64,000 nt of DNA from an uncultured Pseudomonadales bacterium (GTDB lineage: Bacteria; Patescibacteriota; Microgenomatia; UBA1400; PJMF01). The position numbers and the translations under genes were made by a program. The notes under the pieces are model-generated. The model was not told where the DNA came from, did no database searches, and worked only from the letters and a program-made list of their open reading frames with translations. Shown piece after piece: positions 46,282-55,392 of the stretch (the stretch's first letter is position 1; each line of letters opens with the position of its first letter). The stretch is taken from assembly GCA_964491115.1 (NCBI GenBank), contig CAZBEW010000001.1, positions 62,936 to 126,935 of the forward strand, given 5' to 3'.

Positions 46282-48180
46282 ATGATTTTAAAAAAAAATA
46301 AAAAATTTCACTTAGCTTGGAAAAAAATTTTTAAATATTTAGCTGCTTTTTTAATTTTATTTTTTTTCATTTTAATTTTATTTAATTTTGATTTTATAAA
46401 AATTAATTTATTAAAACAAAAAATAAGCTTTGATCCAGATATTAATTTTTCCAAGGAAGCGATTAATTTAACTTTAAGTTCACCAATTAAAAAGGCCACA
46501 ATTTATTACACTAAAGATGGCACTACTCCAGATGAAAGTAGCGAGCAATACCAAAATCCCATTGAAATTAAGGAAACTACCACTTTAAAATTTGTTCTTT
46601 ATAAAAAAGGCAAACAACTGGGGACCGTGCAAACCCATGATCTGTTTATTAATACCCATCACGATCTCGCAGTAATTTCTTTATCTACGGATCCAGTTAA
46701 TTTATGGGATGAAGAAACTGGCATTTATACAGAAGAAAATTATGCAAAGAAGGGCAAGGAGTGGGAAAGAAATGGGGTAATAAATTTTTATGAAGAAGAT
46801 GGCACACGCGGATTTTCTCGAGAAGTGGGGATTAGGATTCATGGCGGTGGAACACGAGGGTTACCGCAAAAATCTTTTCGGATTTTAATTACTAACAAGG
46901 AAAATAATCAAACTCTAAAATATCCCTTATTCCCTGATGGCAAAGTGCAGAATTTTAATTCTTTTATTTTAAGAAATGCTGGTGGTGATTGGAGCCATAC
47001 CCATTTGAGAGATGCGTTAATGCAAGAAATCGTTGAAGACGCCAATTTAACAGTTGATTTACAAGATTATCGTCCAGCAGTCCTCTATTTAAATGGTCAA
47101 TATTGGGGCTTATATGACATTCGTGAAAGATATGACCAAGATTATTTTAGCAATCACTATGGTGCCGATGCAAAACGCGTCAATATTTATTACGTGCCTC
47201 ACGATGTTGGCGTTGATCGCGGTCGAATACAACTGGACGAGGGAAAAGACACCGGGGGCGTTGAACTTTATAACAAGCTTTTTAATGAAACAAAAAGTTG
47301 CCAAAGTTGTACCGACTTAAATAATTTAAAACAATATCTGGACCCAATTAACTACCGCGATTATTTAATTACCGAATTACATTTTAATAATTATGATTGG
47401 CCTTATGGTAACGCTAAACTCTGGCGCTATGAAACCAATGCTTTTGAACCGAATGCTCCCAATGGTTTAGATGGGCGCTTCCGCTGGTTACTTTTTGATT
47501 TAGATGTGGGATTTGGAGCTGGTAAACAAAGTGAGGAAGAAATGCAAAGATCTGCCAAAGCCAATCCCTATCAAGATCGCTTGGTTGATGATCACTTCCC
47601 CTTTAGAAATTTATTTTATAACTACAGCTTTGCTAATGAGTTTGTCAATCAATATGCTGATTTATTGAATACATCCTTTAAATATGAAAACGTCGTAGCA
47701 AAAATTGATGAGCTAGCAGGCGCAATTGACTCTGAAATGCCTAGACAAATTGAGCGCTGGCATAATAAAGAAACTTGGCCAGGAATAATAAATAATCAAG
47801 AAACTATTGATAAAATTAAAAACATCGGCTCTTATGAAGAATGGAAAAACAATGTTGAATTATTAAAAGTCTATGCTTACTGGCGACCAATCTATATGAA
47901 AGAACATACGATCAACTTTTTTAATCTTTCAGGAATGAGCAATATCAGCATCAATACTAATAACCCTGCTTGTGGCTCAATTAAGGTCAACAGCATTATT
48001 ATTGATAAAGAACAAATGCCTTGGGTTGGAGAATATTTTAATGATGTTAGAATTAATATAGAAGCAATTTCAAGCGCCGGCTGCAAATTTGTTTCTTGGA
48101 CTGGCGATATTGAATCCAAAAATAAGAAAATTAATTTTTTACTTGATGCAAATATTAATTTAATTGCTAATTATAAATAA
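46282..48180 (+). CDS. CotH-family (atypical kinase-like) protein
   Basis: N-terminal TM. CotH core blocks GIRIHGGGTRGLPQKSFRILI, RNAGGDWSHTHLRDAL and YWGLYDIRERYD. Confidence 0.75.
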   Translation: MILKKNKKFHLAWKKIFKYLAAFLILFFFILILFNFDFIKINLLKQKISFDPDINFSKEAINLTLSSPIKKATIYYTKDGTTPDESSEQYQNPIEIKETTTLKFVLYKKGKQLGTVQTHDLFINTHHDLAVISLSTDPVNLWDEETGIYTEENYAKKGKEWERNGVINFYEEDGTRGFSREVGIRIHGGGTRGLPQKSFRILITNKENNQTLKYPLFPDGKVQNFNSFILRNAGGDWSHTHLRDALMQEIVEDANLTVDLQDYRPAVLYLNGQYWGLYDIRERYDQDYFSNHYGADAKRVNIYYVPHDVGVDRGRIQLDEGKDTGGVELYNKLFNETKSCQSCTDLNNLKQYLDPINYRDYLITELHFNNYDWPYGNAKLWRYETNAFEPNAPNGLDGRFRWLLFDLDVGFGAGKQSEEEMQRSAKANPYQDRLVDDHFPFRNLFYNYSFANEFVNQYADLLNTSFKYENVVAKIDELAGAIDSEMPRQIERWHNKETWPGIINNQETIDKIKNIGSYEEWKNNVELLKVYAYWRPIYMKEHTINFFNLSGMSNISINTNNPACGSIKVNSIIIDKEQMPWVGEYFNDVRINIEAISSAGCKFVSWTGDIESKNKKINFLLDANINLIANYK

Positions 48181-48242
48181 TAATCCTTTAATTATCTTAA
48201 AAATATTTTACAATTATAAACACTTAGCAAAGAAAGAAACTT

Positions 48243-48950
48243 ATGGCAAAAATTAATCAACTGGAATTTTTAAGTTCCTATTTTGACGACAGTAAAATTA
48301 CTGGCTCCTTAAATGAATTTATTTTAGATGTCGGTATTTTGGTCTTAATTTCATTTTTATTGTCAATAATCTATCAAAAATTTGGCAATTCTCTATCTAA
48401 TCGCAAAAAATTTGCGGCAAATTTTGTTTTATTGTCATTAATTACTATGATGATCATTTCTGTGATTAGATCATCTTTAGCCCTATCTTTAGGTTTGGTT
48501 GGAGCTTTGTCAATTATTAGGTTTCGCTCAGCTATCAAAGAGCCAGAAGAATTAGCATATATTTTTCTAGCGGTATCCTTAGGTTTGGCCTTTGGTGCCG
48601 GTCAGAGAGAAGTAGCAATTGTCTTTTTTGTTTTAATTAGCCTTGTGATTATATTAAGAAGCCTGATCGCGAAAAAGTTTAACTTTTTCAACCTTAAAAC
48701 TGATGAGGTTTTATATTTGAACATTAAGGCTGATGCTAAAATGGATTTAAAAAAGATCAATAATGTTTTGGATCAATACTGTAGCTTTATTGATTTAAAG
48801 CGAGTGGATGAAAAAGATAATCAAGCTGAGTTTTTATTTTTAATTAAGTTGAACTCTTTAGACAAGCTAGTGAGCATGAAAGATGCCCTGCTTTCTCTCG
48901 ATAAAAAAATAGATCTAACTTTGCTCAATGATGAAGGTTTGTTTAATTAA
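48243..48950 (+). CDS. DUF4956-like membrane protein
   Basis: 235 aa with about 4 TM helices, then a soluble tail. This is the canonical partner of VTC and CotH genes. Confidence 0.6.
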   Translation: MAKINQLEFLSSYFDDSKITGSLNEFILDVGILVLISFLLSIIYQKFGNSLSNRKKFAANFVLLSLITMMIISVIRSSLALSLGLVGALSIIRFRSAIKEPEELAYIFLAVSLGLAFGAGQREVAIVFFVLISLVIILRSLIAKKFNFFNLKTDEVLYLNIKADAKMDLKKINNVLDQYCSFIDLKRVDEKDNQAEFLFLIKLNSLDKLVSMKDALLSLDKKIDLTLLNDEGLFN

Positions 48951-49073
48951 AGAATAAATTTAATTGGCTTGTGATGGCTTTAAATGGCGCTTGTTTCAAA
49001 CTGGCTGTAGCAAAAGGCTTACCCATAGTTCAAATTTTTTGGCGGAGCATGTGAGCCTGGAAACCCAGTGTCC

Positions 49074-49592
49074 CTATAATTTCTTTAAAATTTCTTCAAC
49101 TATTTGTTTTGCTTGTCCATTAATTAGAGATTGTGTCTCTATGGCTAAAAAAGGAATGTTGTTGTCTTTAAGAGATTTCTTAACGAACTGATCTCTAGCT
49201 TTTCTGTTATTCCACAGATGAGTTGAATCGTTCAGTTCAATTACTAATAAAGGTTGTAAATTTTGTTTATCAAATATAACAAAATCAACAAATAATTTAT
49301 TAAGCCATTCAAATTTTCCAGCAAGATCGTTTGATTCTTCTTTAACTTGTAAAAGCGTTGAAAGGTGAAGTTGCGGAAAAACTAAATAATTGCTATTTGA
49401 AGTTAAGTCTTGAAGTATTAAAAAAAGTTCTTTTTCATTAAGAGTTAAAAAATATTTCTTTTTCTTATACGGATTCAGTTCTCCATGGAGATAAAGATTT
49501 TTATTTCTTTCATCTTGTAACTTTAAATACAACAATATTGATGTGAAAGATAAGAAAGCAAATAAGAAAAGGAAATTAATGGTCACACTCAT
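49074..49592 (-). CDS. DUF2726 (PD-(D/E)xK nuclease-like) domain protein with an N-terminal TM
   Basis: VDFVIFDKQNLQPLLVIELNDSTHLWNNRKARDQFVKKSLKDNNIPFLAI matches the DUF2726 core (D...E.K-type). Confidence 0.65.
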   Translation of the reverse strand: MSVTINFLFLFAFLSFTSILLYLKLQDERNKNLYLHGELNPYKKKKYFLTLNEKELFLILQDLTSNSNYLVFPQLHLSTLLQVKEESNDLAGKFEWLNKLFVDFVIFDKQNLQPLLVIELNDSTHLWNNRKARDQFVKKSLKDNNIPFLAIETQSLINGQAKQIVEEILKKL

Positions 49593-49779
49593 ATAAATAA
49601 GTATAGCTTATTTAGATCAAATCTTCATCAAACCAACGTTCCACTGATCACAATAACGACTCTTTTTGATAATCACAGGCTTCAAAACTCACATCTGGCA
49701 AATTTTAAGCAAAAAAAAGCGAGATACATCCATACAATACGGAAAATAGACTGATCTATACAGAAAAAACCAATTCTTG

Positions 49780-49862
49780 CGGAGGTGAAGGGATTCGAAC
49801 CCTTGGAGCCGTGAGGCTCACGCTTTCCAAGCGTGTGCAATTGACCGCTATGCGACACCTCC
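49780..49862 (-). tRNA. tRNA-Ser (anticodon GGA), type II with a long variable arm
   Basis: Acceptor GGAGGTG/CACCTCC. Anticodon stem CACGC/GCGTG with loop TTGGAAA. Long variable arm. T-arm AAGGG-TTCGAAT-CCCTT. Discriminator G. Confidence 0.85.
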
Positions 49863-49933
49863 TTAAAACTGTCTTATTATAACGTTTTTTATCGAAGCTA
49901 GAAGTATCAAGCGAGAGCATCGAGCAAATAATT

Positions 49934-51496
49934 CTAGTTAAAAGCCAATCTCTCTTCGACAATCATTGAGCTAAATAGTTTTTCACTTTGTTTAATTGAA
50001 AAACTATTTTGTTTGTCAACAAAGAGTTGTATTATGTGTTCTGGAATGCCATCTGGGGGTTCGTATAGAGTAAAATGGACGCCCGTAGGCTGATTATCTT
50101 CCTCTAACAAACCTCCTCCAAAAATTCCAGTTTGAGACGGACCGATAAATTTTGGGATATAAGCATAGCTTTTGTTACCATACCAACTATATAAATAAGC
50201 CCAAGTTGTATTGTAATCGTAGGGAGAAGTGAGTGAAGAAAAGCTAAATGGTTCAAACGAAGCCGCTTGATATGTGTAATCAATTAGCTCCAGCTGATCT
50301 TTAAGCGTGGTTCCTGTTTTAATTGCTACAGGATGATAACCAGTTTTGTTTGAATATCTTAATTCTTTTATATTTGTTATAAAAAATAGCATTAAAATAG
50401 CAAAAACAATAAATTTACCCATATATAGCTTGTCCTTGATAAACAGTAAAAATAAAGCGGCAAAGATATATAATAAAGGAGCTACACCTATAAAGGTATA
50501 ATAAGAATTTCGATATTGCAAAGTCAATAAAATAACTGGTCCAAGAAAAAACAGTAAAAAGAAAAATCCGTTTTTTTTGCTGAGTTTTTTCCCCACAAAC
50601 CATATTATTCCAAGAAAGAGAAATATCGATAAAAGTGGCATTGTTGGAAAAAATGATTGAGCGATAATTTTTAAATAATTATTAATTGTTCCAATAAATA
50701 TTTCAGACGGAGCTAAACCAACGGAGTTGAATTTAGTAAAAAATGACAGGGGATTAAAAATGCCTCTTACAATTAATTGTAATTGAGTCAAAAGCATAGT
50801 ACTGGTGCTTGCTAAATAAATCAATCCCGAGCTAATTAGTTCTTTTCTGGAAAATTTTAATTTATGACCCTGACGATTGCGAAACCACCAAGCTATTATT
50901 AAGACTCCAAAAAGATAAAGTGCAAAAATAATAGCCTGATGAGACAGACCCAAAAACAATGCTAATAGCCAAGTCTCCTTGGTTTTATTTTGCCAAAAAA
51001 CCCGATACAAATAATAATAAAAGGCGGGAATAGTAATAAGTGCAATCATTGGGTTAGATAGCCACGTGCCTAGTTGTGCACTATCAGTGGAGAAAGTAAA
51101 TAAAAATAAAGTTAAGACAAACACATACTTTGACTTCGACAATTGCCAAGCTAATTCGCCTATTGGTATTAAAGCCAACATGCTAATTACACCCAATAAG
51201 CCAGAAACAATCTGGGGGTTTCCTTCAGCAAACGCATACAGAGGGGCAATTAGATAATAATACAAAACCCCATGATAAACAGCATCATCTGTGCCACTCG
51301 CAGATGGACCCTGAATTTTAATATCTTTCTCATCTATCATTTGTTTAACAATAATTGCATCTCGACCCTGATCAAACCAAAACAACACATTATTATTACT
51401 AATCAGCCAAAAGCGATACAAACTGCCTACTATAAAAAAAATTAAATAAATGGCTATTCGCTGTTTAAATTTATTTGAAAAATTAATTAAAGACAT
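49934..51496 (-). CDS. Polytopic membrane protein, GT-C (PMT/ArnT-like) glycosyltransferase candidate
   Basis: 520 aa with more than 10 TM helices. The first loop carries WFDQGRD. Confidence 0.45.
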   Translation of the reverse strand: MSLINFSNKFKQRIAIYLIFFIVGSLYRFWLISNNNVLFWFDQGRDAIIVKQMIDEKDIKIQGPSASGTDDAVYHGVLYYYLIAPLYAFAEGNPQIVSGLLGVISMLALIPIGELAWQLSKSKYVFVLTLFLFTFSTDSAQLGTWLSNPMIALITIPAFYYYLYRVFWQNKTKETWLLALFLGLSHQAIIFALYLFGVLIIAWWFRNRQGHKLKFSRKELISSGLIYLASTSTMLLTQLQLIVRGIFNPLSFFTKFNSVGLAPSEIFIGTINNYLKIIAQSFFPTMPLLSIFLFLGIIWFVGKKLSKKNGFFFLLFFLGPVILLTLQYRNSYYTFIGVAPLLYIFAALFLLFIKDKLYMGKFIVFAILMLFFITNIKELRYSNKTGYHPVAIKTGTTLKDQLELIDYTYQAASFEPFSFSSLTSPYDYNTTWAYLYSWYGNKSYAYIPKFIGPSQTGIFGGGLLEEDNQPTGVHFTLYEPPDGIPEHIIQLFVDKQNSFSIKQSEKLFSSMIVEERLAFN

Positions 51497-51520
51497 AATG
51501 TTACTTTAGCACAATATTAC

Positions 51521-52258
51521 TTAATATTTTTTATTTAAATAAAACTGTCTTTTGTTCTCTGGTAATTTTTCAATGGCATAGCGCAACATGGTCCGAGGCA
51601 TCTGCAAAGTATATTGATTTAAGAAATTAATTAAAACTTTTTCATCACGCTTGCCCACTTCTCTAAGCAACCAACCCACTGCTTTATGAATTAAATCTTC
51701 TTGATCATTAAGTAATATCTTGGCTAATTCTATGGTGGGCAGAAATTCCCCCGCCCTGATAAAAGCAAAAGTCGACAAAACTGCAATGCGCCTTTCCCAA
51801 AGAATTTTAGATTTAGCTAAGTTAATTAATAAACTGGGAACCTTCTGCACAAGTTCATTATTTTTCTCCAATAAATATTGACCAAGAATTTTGTCGGCAG
51901 ATAAATCAACCAAGTCCCAACTATTAACATAAACGCTATGCGCTAAATAAAAATCAACAATTTGTTTTTTGGTCGCTTGAGTTTTTGCGCCTTTAAATAG
52001 CTCCACCAATAATAGCAAAGCGCTTAGGCGAACTTCATGATAGGGATTCACCACTAGCTCTGCCGAGTCTTCAATTTTAACTTGATTTTTATACTGTTTA
52101 ACAATGCTTCGTACTTGTGGAACTGTTATACCTAAAAATAAATCACCTTCGCCATATTCACCCTTTGCAGTTTTAAAAAATCTTTGAGAGTGTTGGGCTT
52201 TTTGCGGATTAGCTGCTTTTTTAAGAGCTGAAATAATTTTATCAGCAATTTTTGCCAT
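51521..52258 (-). CDS. DNA alkylation repair protein (AlkD-like HEAT-repeat glycosylase family)
   Basis: Start taken at MAKIADKIISALKK (ATG 52258). The family's typical all-helical HEAT-like repeats are present. Confidence 0.65.
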   Translation of the reverse strand: MAKIADKIISALKKAANPQKAQHSQRFFKTAKGEYGEGDLFLGITVPQVRSIVKQYKNQVKIEDSAELVVNPYHEVRLSALLLLVELFKGAKTQATKKQIVDFYLAHSVYVNSWDLVDLSADKILGQYLLEKNNELVQKVPSLLINLAKSKILWERRIAVLSTFAFIRAGEFLPTIELAKILLNDQEDLIHKAVGWLLREVGKRDEKVLINFLNQYTLQMPRTMLRYAIEKLPENKRQFYLNKKY

Positions 52259-52274
52259 TTTTTTGCTTTTAAAA

Positions 52275-53081
52275 TTAATATAATAATTCTTTAATTTTTT
52301 TAATATTTTCTTTGACAACCACTTGACCGTTACTTAAAACGTCACCTCGTGTCACAAATCCTGAAAAAGGATTACTGTATTCACCGCTTTCTTTGATATC
52401 GGGGAATAAAACTAGGTCGGCATCTTTTTGTGTATGTTTGGCCAAATGATGCAACATCACCTGAGAAGTTTTTAGAACTGTTTGTAGGGCAGAAATCTTG
52501 TCATTGCTCATGGGAAATTGATTTTTTTGCAAGTTGACTGCTATTACCACTTCTGCACCCATTTGTTTCACCGTTTTAACCGGCACTGGTACAGCTGAAG
52601 CACCATCAATTAAGCGCATCTTGCCCCGCTTGACTGGTTCTAATACAAAAGGCACCGTTATGCTGGCATGAATTGCTTCGCTCAGACTACCTTTTTTCAA
52701 TTCAACAACTTGACCAGTAATCAGATCGCAAGCCATCGCACAAAAAGGAATTTTTAAATCTTCAATGCGACGCCCAGCTAGATAATGAGCAAAAATCTCT
52801 TCCATTTTTTCGCCCTTAAAAATTCCTCTAGCTGGTCGGGGATCAGAAAAAGCGTAAAGTAAACTGCGGTAATTCATGTTTTGGCGAAAAATTTCTTCGA
52901 CCTGATTAATATCAAGTAAAGCACTATACATGCCACCAACTAATGCTCCAGCACTACTGCCAGCTATATAGCTGATTTCAATGTCATTATTAAGCAATTC
53001 TTTAATCACCCCTAAATGAGCTAAAGCGCGCCAGCCGCCACTACCCAGAGCCAAACCCAATTTTTTTTGTTTTTGCTTCAT
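52275..53081 (-). CDS. Patatin-like phospholipase
   Basis: Oxyanion GSGGWRALAHLG, nucleophile GSSAG (GxSxG), and a catalytic Asp in DGA. Confidence 0.8.
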   Translation of the reverse strand: MKQKQKKLGLALGSGGWRALAHLGVIKELLNNDIEISYIAGSSAGALVGGMYSALLDINQVEEIFRQNMNYRSLLYAFSDPRPARGIFKGEKMEEIFAHYLAGRRIEDLKIPFCAMACDLITGQVVELKKGSLSEAIHASITVPFVLEPVKRGKMRLIDGASAVPVPVKTVKQMGAEVVIAVNLQKNQFPMSNDKISALQTVLKTSQVMLHHLAKHTQKDADLVLFPDIKESGEYSNPFSGFVTRGDVLSNGQVVVKENIKKIKELLY

Positions 53082-53149
53082 GAAGGAAATTATAACTGAA
53101 AAATAAAATTTATCAGCACTTAGGAATTTAACTAGCTTTCATCTACAGC

Positions 53150-53476
53150 TTATTTCATCTCCCCAATAAGCCAATCGTAATATTTTTTGGCGACATGTTG
53201 AACAGGGATTGCCAAAATACAAGGAACATCGTAAGTGTGGATTTTATAAACTTCGTCTTCTAATTTCTGATAATTCTTCTCGATCGTCTTGGCAATTAAG
53301 ACGACTTCTTTACTCTCATCTATTTTCCCTGATTTTGGGGGCCAAAAAAACATCGGCTGCATTTCGGGAAAAATATTCACACAAGCGCAGAGTTTTTTAT
53401 CCATTAAATGCTTGCCAATTTGCTTGGCTTGCTCAACACTCTCGCAGGTGATGTAGACCAATAATATGTCTGTCAT
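53150..53476 (-). CDS. cutA: Divalent-cation tolerance protein CutA
   Basis: 108 aa, collinear with CutA1 (CACVNI...YDVPCILAIPV). Confidence 0.8.
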   Translation of the reverse strand: MTDILLVYITCESVEQAKQIGKHLMDKKLCACVNIFPEMQPMFFWPPKSGKIDESKEVVLIAKTIEKNYQKLEDEVYKIHTYDVPCILAIPVQHVAKKYYDWLIGEMK

Positions 53477-53483
53477 AGTATCC

Positions 53484-53978
53484 TTAATTCAAGAATTTTC
53501 CTTTTGAGTCAATTACCCTAATTAAACTTTTTACACTCTTTTCTTCTATCTTTCTTTTAATTCTCTTTTCACCTTCATCAGAATAAAAAGAAAGTGTTAC
53601 AGATTCAGCATTTTTTTCTAAAAAACTAAAAAGCTCATCTATTAATTTATGTGAATATCCCTTTCCTTGATATTTTGGATCAATGGATATAAACATTAGC
53701 CAAAAATTTTTATCACTCTTTGGATCTTTTTTAAGTTCGGAGAGTCCAACTATTTTTTTATTTAATTCTAATATAGAAAAGTAACTTGAGTTTGGGTCAT
53801 TAACTAATTCTCCTAAATCCAAATACTTGAATACATCATCTTTGTCTGTACTTAAAAATTGTTCATCTTGAGGTAATGAATTCCCTTGATATATACGTTC
53901 AATCAAATCAACACCAGATATCGTAGTTGTTCTTACATTATTAATCTCTAGCTCATTTGCTAAAAATTTTTCTAACAT
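53484..53978 (-). CDS. GNAT-family N-acetyltransferase
   Basis: Acetyl-CoA binding block YQGKGYSHKLIDELFSF. Confidence 0.7.
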   Translation of the reverse strand: MLEKFLANELEINNVRTTTISGVDLIERIYQGNSLPQDEQFLSTDKDDVFKYLDLGELVNDPNSSYFSILELNKKIVGLSELKKDPKSDKNFWLMFISIDPKYQGKGYSHKLIDELFSFLEKNAESVTLSFYSDEGEKRIKRKIEEKSVKSLIRVIDSKGKFLN

Positions 53979-54029
53979 ATCTAATCATATAACATTAAAA
54001 ATAGACTTATCTTAAGGTTAAAAATCTTG

Positions 54030-54113
54030 CGGAAGGGGCGGGACTCGAACCCGCGATGCCCAAAAGGGCGTCAGTTTTCGAAACTGATGCAATAGCCACT
54101 ATGCGACCCTTCC
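54030..54113 (-). tRNA. tRNA-Ser (anticodon CGA), type II
   Basis: Acceptor GGAAGGG/CCCTTCC. Anticodon stem TCAGT/ACTGA with loop TTCGAAA. Long variable arm. T-arm GCGGG-TTCGAGT-CCCGC. Confidence 0.85.
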
Positions 54114-54194
54114 TATTGTAATTCTAACGCGAAAAGCCCAGAAAAACAAAAAAACAAAACAATCTTCTTCGCTCCAGGAAATTTTAGAAAAGGG

Positions 54195-54268
54195 TGCGCC
54201 CAAGGGGATTCGAACCTCTGACCTTTTGTTCCGCAAACAAACGCTCTATCCAACTGAGCTATGGGCGC
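54195..54268 (-). tRNA. tRNA-Arg (anticodon GCG) candidate
   Basis: Acceptor GCGCCCA/TGGGCGC. Anticodon stem TTTGT/ACAAA with loop TTGCGGA. T-loop TTCGAAT with one A.C mismatch in the T-stem. Discriminator A. Confidence 0.7.
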
Positions 54269-54336
54269 TGTTCTCAAGTCCCTATTATCTCAAAAATCAG
54301 CCCCTAGTTCAATAGGGGCTGATTTTTCAATTAAAA

Positions 54337-55158
54337 TTATTTTTTTAGCTCTTTTACTTCGGTATGACAAAACCACCAATCAAAACAATCTTTTTGACCG
54401 CGTCTTTTCTCAGCCTCTACCTCATCTTTCGCAGGTGGAATGATAACGTGATCGCCAACTAAATCATTGTTCGGCCAATTAGCTGGCATGGCCACTTTAT
54501 TAGCAGTCGAAAATTGCAAGGCTTTAACGACTCGTAAAATTTCTTCCATGTTACGACCTACTTCTTGAGGGTAATATAGAATTAAACGAATAATTGCCTT
54601 ATCATCAATCACAAAAACAGCTCTCACGGTGTCACTCCCTTTTTTCTCATGAATCATACCTAGTGATTTACCAACTCTACCCATGCTGTCGGCAATAATT
54701 GGGAAAGGAATTTTCACGCCTAATTTTTCATTAATCCATTCTGTCCACTTAATGTGAGAAAAAACTTGATCAACGGATAAACCAATTAACTGTGTATTAA
54801 TTTTTTTGAAATCTGGAGCCATTTTAGCAAAAGCGACAAACTCGGTAGTACAAACTGGAGTGAAATCTCCAGGATGACTAAATAAAACTGTCCACTTACC
54901 CATTAAATCTTGAGGAAAGGATAAGCGACCGTGGGTGCTGTGTACCTCAATTTGAGGAAATTTATCACCAATTAGGGGGAAAGAAGAAGTGCTTTGACTG
55001 CAATGCTTGTCGGGACATTGATTAGAACACTTATTTGAGCAGTTGTCGGAGCACTTTTTGGAGCACTGGCTGGGACACTGTTCTGGGCAATTTTCAGAAC
55101 ACTGACAATCTTGGCAAGGACAATCTGGGCAACAATTATTTAATTTTTTTTCTGACAT
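54337..55158 (-). CDS. Peroxiredoxin (Prx6/1-Cys-like, thioredoxin fold) fused to a roughly 56-aa N-terminal Cys-rich CX3C ladder
   Basis: Prx core FTPVCTTE. The N-terminus [53 protein letters not shown] has 15 Cys. The C-terminus has an extra CxxxxxxC. Confidence 0.8.
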   Translation of the reverse strand: MSEKKLNNCCPDCPCQDCQCSENCPEQCPSQCSKKCSDNCSNKCSNQCPDKHCSQSTSSFPLIGDKFPQIEVHSTHGRLSFPQDLMGKWTVLFSHPGDFTPVCTTEFVAFAKMAPDFKKINTQLIGLSVDQVFSHIKWTEWINEKLGVKIPFPIIADSMGRVGKSLGMIHEKKGSDTVRAVFVIDDKAIIRLILYYPQEVGRNMEEILRVVKALQFSTANKVAMPANWPNNDLVGDHVIIPPAKDEVEAEKRRGQKDCFDWWFCHTEVKELKK

Positions 55159-55392
55159 GTAAACCTTTCCGTTTTAAATACTTAGTCTTTTGAGTTTAAC
55201 AAAAAAAATAAAATAATCAATAAACAAAAAACATTTATTTATCAATCTATAATAAGTTTTAAGAGTAAAAATTTGTTTCTTAATTCAAGTAACCCAGTTG
55301 AGTACATTGTTGAGTATATTACTAAGTATCTTGCTGATTACGCTGCTGATTTCTTGCTAAATTTGCCCCCAACTTATTTATCAAAATTTTGA

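Noticed and set aside
49058-49080. Fourth partial copy of the TGTCCC(A)TATAAT motif (GTGTCCCTATAAT) on the plus strand
   Set aside because: The -35 region is poor (TGAGCC) and no plus-strand gene lies downstream. It overlaps the 3' end of the DUF2726 CDS and is probably a chance match.
49756-49962. 68-aa ORF on the minus strand
   Set aside because: It lies almost entirely within and around the tRNA-Ser(GGA) gene, so it is spurious.
54261-54443. 60-aa ORF on the plus strand
   Set aside because: It overlaps tRNA-Arg and the 3' end of the peroxiredoxin gene on the opposite strand, so it is spurious.
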